From Octopus vulgaris (Eukaryota): 64,000 bases of DNA. The stretch covers positions 87,234,001 to 87,298,000 of the forward strand of contig OX597817.1 of NCBI GenBank assembly GCA_951406725.2, in the 5' to 3' direction. The notes beneath the pieces were generated by a model. It was not told the origin of the DNA. It worked only from the letters and a program-made list of their open reading frames with translations, and did no database searches. Below are positions 56,419 through 64,000 of this stretch, piece after piece. The stretch's first letter is position 1. Each line of letters starts with the position of its first letter. A program made the position numbers and the translations under genes.

Positions 56419-57151
56419 ATTTAAGCCTACAGTTAACCATTCTATGGTCAGTGTAGGACGCTTGAGCAAGTTGTGGACAGCTAAAACTAGCCTTATCTCT
56501 AGTTCTTAACACTATCCTGTGTAAGTAAGACTTGAGTCTTCCGTCGCCACTAATCCAGGTCCACTCTGGGACGCTCGGATGGTCAAGCCTGTAACGGTCT
56601 ACCAGCTGAAAACGCTTAAGCAGATTCACGAGACCTGTGTTTACTTTTCTACCAGTCGAGCCAATACTATCAATGTGTGCATCAACGGTAGCGTGAAAGT
56701 CTCCTAACACCACTAATGTCTTCGACGTCACGAGAAAGTTCTCCAGGCGCCGATAAAATGCAGCTTGTAATCCTCTAGCACAGGATGCAAATATCCCGAT
56801 CAACCTAAAGGCCTTACTGCTGTATGTCACATCAAGAACGACCAGCTCACCTTCAGGGTCCACATAGACTGTACTTGTCTGCAGAGCCAAGTCTTTACGG
56901 ATCAGTACCACTACATCCCCTCGTCCTCCGGTCTGGCCAGGAGACATGATTTTCTCATAGCCATTCAGGAGAGGCGAGAAGGTTTGTAGACTGTCCAACA
57001 TGGTCTCTGTAGCAACCATCATATGTATATCGTGTGATCTGAAGTTATCGAGGATACAAGCTTGCTTCCACTTCGAACTCAGACCACGCACATTCAAACA
57101 ACCAAGGTTAAGTAAGGTCATTATATTAAAAGCAAAGGTCCTACTTACCAT
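56417..57151 (-). pseudogene. LINE ORF2 apurinic-like endonuclease domain (L1/Tx1-like), truncated before RT
   Basis: LNVRGL, VATET, LVVLGDFHA (GDFN), WTW, SYLHRI (SxLDR) and TDHRMV (SDH) motifs. Confidence 0.92.
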
Positions 57152-58852
57152 TTACTAGAAAGGTGGCAGCCGATTTCACCACACGTGAAGTGGCTCCTTC
57201 CTTCTCCTTCTTCAGATAGCTAGGCAGGTCCACAATCCTCCATATGGCTGGTGGATTCCTGTCCTTCAGTTGCCTGTATAAGGTTTCTTCTATCCAGGCA
57301 CATTGTTTATTAAAATCCTTATGTGCAGGATAAAGTTTGGTGGTGAGATGATGTGTCAATAGGATACTACGGGTATAATCGTGCTCAGTGTCAAATTCCA
57401 CTAGTATGTTTTTCTCTGCGGGGACAGCTGGGTGGGGTCTTTTTTAAAATTTCTGTGGTGTTGTGTCTGTTTCCTTTGTAGAGGATGTGGATGAGGACGG
57501 TGTCAATGTACGCTTGTGTACCACAGTAAACTCCTCCTCCGATACCTCCATGGTATCGTCTAGGTGATTTGCGTTTCTGTTTTCAGGTGCCTCAGGTTTC
57601 AGGGGAGTGGGTATTTTCAATTCTGTAGGGGCTTGTGTGTGTAGTGATGGGGAGTTTTTAAATTTCCAATGTCCTGTTTGGGTATTGGCGCCGCAGCATG
57701 GGGGTGTCTTTGTGGGGGTTGCTGTTTGTGCGGGAGTGGGGGCATTTTTTGTGTTTGAAGGGCCTTGTGTCTGCGTTTTTTCCTTTTTAAATCACAATCT
57801 GCCCGAATGTAGCTCCTTTTGCCACATTCGAAGCAGGTGGGTTTTTCGCTTCGACAGAGATTCTCAATATAATATTCTCATCCACGAGAATCCGGTCTGA
57901 AAGCATGTCAATGTCTTCGTGGGCCCCCTGAATAATTGCCGAGATGCTGTGCCAACTCAATTTTGCGGAGCAGAGCATGTAATCTGGTGAAATTGGATTT
58001 TGTCCGCCCTGCTAAACAACATGGTGGTCATCACCTCTCTAAGGTCTACTTCTGGCACCTTTACACGAGAAGTCCTCCCCATGTAGCAGAAGCACCACAT
58101 CTTCTGATTTTACGGGGACCCGCGAGCCTTCTCCTCAGACGCGAACCGCACCTCAACGGTGCCATACGTCTTGCCCCTCGCAATATTGGAGCAAGACATT
58201 TTTCAATTTTCTCTTTTTCGAAATGTTTAAATCGTTTGTGTTTTGGACAGAACGATTTAAATATTATTGTTTTTTGGTCCGTTTCAACCGTCTTGAAAGA
58301 GGGTGATATTTTTATATCCCATCCTCCTCTTTCATTCTCTTGAAATATTCCTGTAGCTTCTCTACTGGAATATAAATGTTTTCTATTGCCACAGCGTCAC
58401 CGCCGAAAACTTTCTAACAGAGTTAACATTTCTTCTTCGAGAGTACATTTTTCATGTATAATTTCGACAAACATGCCCGGCCGAAATTAATTACATAAGA
58501 AAATATAACAAAAATCGGTTTTCCACAAGGAAAAACCTATAATAATTTTCGAAAAAGCAGTTTATAAATTTTTTGACAATATTTCAAATCCGCCTGCGGG
58601 GGCAGTGCACAAAGATAAAGTCTAAAACGACTTTAACAAGTTCAATTTGTTTTCAATATTTTGTTTAAAAATTGCCACAACGGCTACAAAAACAAATAAT
58701 TTCTCTCACCCGGCACACCGGGAAATAGCACAAGGTTCAGCAATAATAACAATCCAAAAATACAATAACAAGTCCAACAGTAATAAATCCATTATAAAAC
58801 GATAAAATTCCTTACGGAGCAAAAACAACACTGACCTCAGTCAACGACCGGA
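56424..58852 (-). mobile_element. L1/Tx1-like LINE: 5' UTR, broken ORF1 with zinc knuckle, endonuclease
   Basis: ORF1 from about 58474 (MFVEIIHEK..); CFECGKRSYIRADC (CX2CX4HX4C with H>Y) near 57795-57838; the ORF1 end (57141-57401) overlaps the ORF2 start. Confidence 0.85.
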
Positions 58853-58892
58853 AGAAAGCTTCTTGCCACGCAGTTAGGCCTGCGTCTATGTT

Positions 58893-58929
58893 ATACATAC
58901 ATACATACATACATACATACATACATACA

Positions 58930-58960
<31 letters not shown>

Positions 58961-59091
58961 GTGCGATGTATCTACGTATCTATGTATATGTATATGTATG
59001 TATATGTATATGTATATATATGTATGTATATATATATGTATGTATATGTGTATATATATATATATATACTTACACATATACATACATATAT

Positions 59092-59146
<55 letters not shown>

Positions 59147-59172
59147 TATGTATATGTATGTATATGTATACA
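58893..59172. repeat. (CATA)n/(TA)n/(CA)n compound microsatellite
   Basis: Direct observation. Confidence 0.95.
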
Positions 59173-60157
59173 TGCGCATTGAAAGGGGGGGGTAAATTCT
59201 TAGAATTCCTCACTTCAGGAAAATATTTTTTTGAATGATTGTAAGTTATTTTACTAATTAATTAAAACAATTTTCTTTGTTATTAACTTTATAAACAACA
59301 ATTGTTGTTTCGTTAATAAAGACCAATCACTAATTCGATAATATCCATTGTCACATTCGTGAGAACTCTCCAGTGACCGCCAAAGTAGCAACATCTCTGA
59401 TGTTTTACTTAGATCATAGAAGTAACAAATTAGCGAAGTAATTAAACAGTGACTGTCATTACTAATTAGCATCATGACAAATACAATTTAATTACAATAT
59501 TATAAATTGTATGTCTGTTGTCAGTTAGCCGGCCAGTCGTATTTATGCAGTCATAAGCTCAAAGACATGGAGCAGGGATATTCTAGTCTACACTTTCAAA
59601 TATATTGTACCTAAATCTATTTTATCCACTGTGTTTACTATTTAAAGAAGAGTTGGCTGCAATATCTGTCTGGGTGGCTAGTATTTAAATGTGTTGAATA
59701 TGGCAGTGGTTCATCTTAATTATTCGTTTACACTTTGTTTTTCATTTGATACTACAAGTATATACCACGAGTATATCCGCGAATGTATAAATACGAAATC
59801 TTTCTCAGGCACCTATGATTTAAGACAGACTATAGATTTAAACTAATGTAATTTCGGAGTATTCTTTTTCAAAACAAGATGTTAGACATATGGTATATTT
59901 CTTTTTATCAAGCAAACACCTAGCTGTCACTCATTATGTATTTCAACTCACCTGAACTTCTCTCACCTTTCAGGAATTTGACAGTCGTGTTCTTTCGCAG
60001 CCAACGATTCGAATAAAATGGCTGAACTAACTGTACTTGACATACATAAAAGGTTATGCATGCACACATAACTGTATATCAAGTTATATACTTTCATCTG
60101 CTTAGACACATACTCACACGTATACAAATACATACATGCATGCATGCATACATACAT

Positions 60158-60257
<100 letters not shown>

Positions 60258-60396
60258 GTACACACGCAGCCACACACAGCCACACACATAAATACATGTA
60301 CATAATGATTGGTTGTTAAACAGATAAATAGAAAGATAGACTGATGCTCGATATATATATACACATACACACACACACAAACACACATACATATAC

Positions 60397-60441
<45 letters not shown>

Positions 60442-61372
60442 CAGAGAGAGAGATGAGAGAAACAGGCAGATAGACAGATGCACAAACAGACTGATACAAA
60501 CACATTGTGTTTATAGAAAGTGGTCGCCTTTTAGGAAATTGTTTTTGGGTAAGACCTACATTATATACATAAGTGCATATATATGTGGTTTGTAATTTTA
60601 CTCAAATATTATATGTACTTCACATGCATAGAATTTTGTACACACATATGTGCCAACACACATAAGCATTGAAATAATAAGTAAAACTAAGTATTTTATA
60701 GAGACCCTCGCACACACACACACGCCCACGCACACACACATATACACACATATATATAACTTGTGTTGTTCTGTTGTTTATTTTATTTTATTTTACTTTT
60801 TTGTTAACATAACACTTAAAAACCATGTAGAACATGATCGCAAATTTTTTTCGTGTGTGCTCAACGTTTCTTCCATCTTGGTCAAACCAACTATATCTGC
60901 ACAGCTGGCGAAAGGTCAGCTAGCTTAATACTAAGGAATTTTCACGAACATTAATTTCCTTGAGAGATTATCGGTATTAACTTCTATAGGACACATAAAG
61001 ATACAAATCACCGCGTGTCAGGGATAAAGGTGAAGATCAGAGCCTGACCAATCAGTGAAGAAAATGTAGCGCTCAATGGAAGTCTCTTCGTGCGTGAATC
61101 TCATCAAATGTTCCGGTGCATTATTTGCAATAGAAAGACTTTGTTAACATTACGTGACTTAAGTTGGATTAGGAGAATGTACGATGTAATGTGAATGATT
61201 CTATCATATTTCATCTTCAAGGCATTTATTTCAGATAAGAAAAGCAATTTTTTTAACCAGCCTTGATCTGACACAATTTCAAGATGGGGTTATGATTCAT
61301 ACAGAGAAAATTCTGGTCTAAAAACTGATAAACATACATACATATAAACAAGTAGGTATTTATATACAAATA

Positions 61373-61438
<66 letters not shown>

Positions 61439-62299
61439 TCTGTGTGTCTGTGTGTCTTTGTGTGTTTGTGTGTGTGTGTTTGTATGCGTGTGAAAATTCA
61501 CGGGCGTAGTCGTAACCATGCCGGAGTTGTTGCGAGATCGGTTTATCAAAATCATCAAAATTACGTAAGTAGACCTGCTCGTCTCGGTCACAGGTGGAAA
61601 ACTGCTTTTGAAGAAGGCTAGAAATATATTCTAATACGAAATAAATTCATTATATACTCTATGCTATCCTATGTATGTATGTATGTATGTATGTATGTAT
61701 GTATGTATGTATGTATGTATGTATGTATGTATGTATGTATACGCCCATATGCATAAATGTATGTTTTCTCATATAATGCAATATTAATCGATCTACGAAT
61801 TCAAACAGTTCAATTCGATAAAATGTGAGAGCGTTTTATAGCAAGACACGTCTATTTATGCTAATATATTTATGCTATATAGCAATCATCTATCATCCTT
61901 GTCTCCATGTGTGTTTGTATGAATGCAGTGAGTGCGTTTCTGTATACTTGTATGGAAATATGTATATACAATGGCGCACAGAAAAAATAAAGGTACATAT
62001 ACAATGGCGCACACAAAAAATTTCGTTCTATAGCATGTTTATACTTCAATTGTTATTAGTGTTGATGATTTTGTAGTTGTTAAATCAGATTTGCTCAGGA
62101 AATTTTCTGAACAACGACGTTCCATACCATATTTCAGTATGTCTACAACTACATTTTCATATGTAACCTTCCCTTTTAAGGCAAAAACGTGGCGCGATTA
62201 TTCCAACGTCTCTGTCTTTCACAAACCCAGTGACTCCACAAAACTGAGGCTGAAACAAGAAATACTGGTGAGGAGAAACAATAGAAATTGCAAAATCTT

Positions 62300-63200
62300 T
62301 ATCTTTTATCTGTTAATTATTTCAGTCATTGGACTGTGGCCATGCTGGAGCACAGCTTGGATGTACTTAGTCGAACAAATCGACCGAAGTACTTATTTTT
62401 AAAGTTTGGTAGATGTTCTATGAAGCCCCATGTAAAAAAGAAATTAGAACACGGCTAGGCATGGCAAGAACGCCCATATATAAGCTTAATAACATCGGGA
62501 GCAGCAAAAGTGTCCTAAGTTTAAAAAAAGGGCTAGTGTGATCGCTCATTTGGCCAATAGGCATTTATGGCTGCGAAGCATGGACTCTGGGCACATTTGA
62601 AGAGAATATAATCAATACGTTTGAAATGTGGCTATATAGGAGAAGGTTACGAGTCTCTTATAAGGACCAACTGTGTTACAACAAGTAGGTGAAAGACAAC
62701 TCCTGAGCATTGTGAAAAAACAGAAGGTCATCTATTATGGCTATATTCGAAAGAGCAGAGGTAAAAAATAATCATGGAAAGAATAGTGGAAGGTAATAGT
62801 TCAAGGGGCAGGCAAAGAATGCAATGGATGGTCAATATCACTTGCTGGTCAGAAAAGTGTGGCAAGGCAGTTGGAAAACTCGCGTAGAATAGGGAAATCT
62901 CATTGTAGTGTCATCAATGTGCTACGGTGCATAACAATAACGAGGTGTCCTATCGGTCATTTTGCCGAACCGCTAAGTTTCGAGGATTTACACGAAACCA
63001 GCAACGGTTGTGAAGCTGTGAGGGACAAATAAAGGCACACACATATGCAACGTGATCCCCCGCTGTTTTCGTCTACCACATTCACTAACAAGGTATTGGT
63101 TGGCCCACGATTATTGTAAAAGACGGACACTCAAGGTACTCACGCAGTGGAACTGAAGTCGAAATTATGAGCCAGCTTCTTAATCACACAAACATGCCCC
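62300..63200 (-). mobile_element. SINE family B split by an RTE insertion
   Basis: Tail at 62300-62420; body and head at 62945-63200. Confidence 0.75.
62425..62940 (+). mobile_element. 5'-truncated RTE-clade LINE 3' end
   Basis: KKEIRTRLGMART...SLIWPIGIYGCEAWTL...FEMWLYRRRLRVSY...G..SRGRQRMQW. Confidence 0.88.
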
Positions 63201-63259
63201 AATGCGAAAAACTAAATTAAATATGGTGTTACAGATTGTCATGCTAAAATGATGTAAAG

Positions 63260-63960
63260 AATAGTTCCTGCGTAAAAAGTTGACAGGGTGGAATTAAGCA
63301 AAGAAAAATTAGCAGTACTGGTTGAGAAACGCTGTATTTAATCATGAGACTAAGGGTCCTTGATTTTGACACATCAAAGACTTCTCACCAGAAATCGCCA
63401 AAATCATATACTGAAGCCGAATAAATTAAGTAGCTGTTGAATTAAGATAGGTTGGGTATAAACGATTAATCACATTATATCTAGTTGTCTGATCATAACC
63501 ATGATAGAGTATATTTATTGATATGACAGAGCTAGGCCTATTGTATTCTGGAAGTACTGCCAACTTTATGAAAGAACAAAGGAGATGAAATAGATATATA
63601 CCTGACAAGAACTCAGAAAATGAAAAAGCGACTACATTCTGGGATAATCTCATTGTATTGGACAGTATCTAGCTGTCCGATTTTAGCGAAGAGAACATAC
63701 TTATTTGTATGAAACATCTAGGTCTTTTGTACCATGGAAATACCGCCAACGTCACAAAAGAACAAAACAAAAAAGGTGCAATAAATATATACCTGAAAAG
63801 AATTCAGAGAATGAAAAAACGACCATACTCTGAGATATTCCAGTCGGCGCAAAGACAGGAATATCAGGGTTAAAACCTCTGGATATTCTTGTCAACGAGC
63901 AACTGGAAATGTTGTGCCTGCTAATCGAAGAGTCAGTCTCCACAGGCAATAACGGTTTCT
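63260..63960 (+). mobile_element. Degraded R4/Dong-like RLE LINE fragment with an internal duplication
   Basis: WLRNA..ETKG, TRNRQNHILK..C*I..TINHIISSC, YIPDKNSENEKATTFWD (63575-63650, duplicated at 63768-63842), KPLDILV..LCLLIE.SVSTGNN. Confidence 0.7.
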
Positions 63961-63972
63961 TATTTAGGCATA

Positions 63973-64000
63973 AGGCAAGGAAGCGAGCTGGAAGAATCGT
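63973..64000 (+). mobile_element. Start of a SINE family A copy (window edge)
   Basis: GCGAGCTGGAAGAATCGT. Confidence 0.6.

Larger units (their letters stand above)
55301..56423 (-). mobile_element. Pair of about 245-bp direct repeats, each with a hammerhead (PLE pLTR/retrozyme-like)
   Basis: 55301-55544 resembles 56179-56423; the AT-rich spacer contains a LINE 3' fragment. Confidence 0.8.

Noticed and set aside
59948-60032. Possible minus-strand exon with CAG|GTGAGT donor
   Set aside because: Weak acceptor, no homology evidence.
61966-62020. Duplicated TACAATGGCGCACA resembling a Tc1 TIR
   Set aside because: No partner inverted repeat found.

Overview
AT-rich, microsatellite-saturated eukaryotic DNA with no intact protein-coding gene. 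The repeat repertoire looks like an octopus/coleoid cephalopod genome (from recall of the repeat families, not a search). Almost all ORFs in the track are microsatellite artefacts. Recognisable content: several tRNA-derived SINE families, often nested and with clean TSDs; three DD37D/maT-type Tc1/mariner relics; a Tigger-like MITE; a 5'-intact, 3'-truncated L1/Tx1-like LINE; degraded RTE, CR1/L2-like and restriction-like-endonuclease (R4/Dong-like) LINEs; a Penelope-like GIY-YIG endonuclease fragment; and a Helentron-type non-autonomous element. The most striking signal is about ten minimal type-I hammerhead-ribozyme motifs from at least five sequence families. They sit in Penelope-like terminal repeats, in fold-back palindromes, in an 878-nt-spaced direct-repeat pair (retrozyme-like), and in a tRNA-headed SINE-like element that inserted as a TSD-flanked head-to-head palindrome. 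Coordinates were read by eye and may be off by a few bases.
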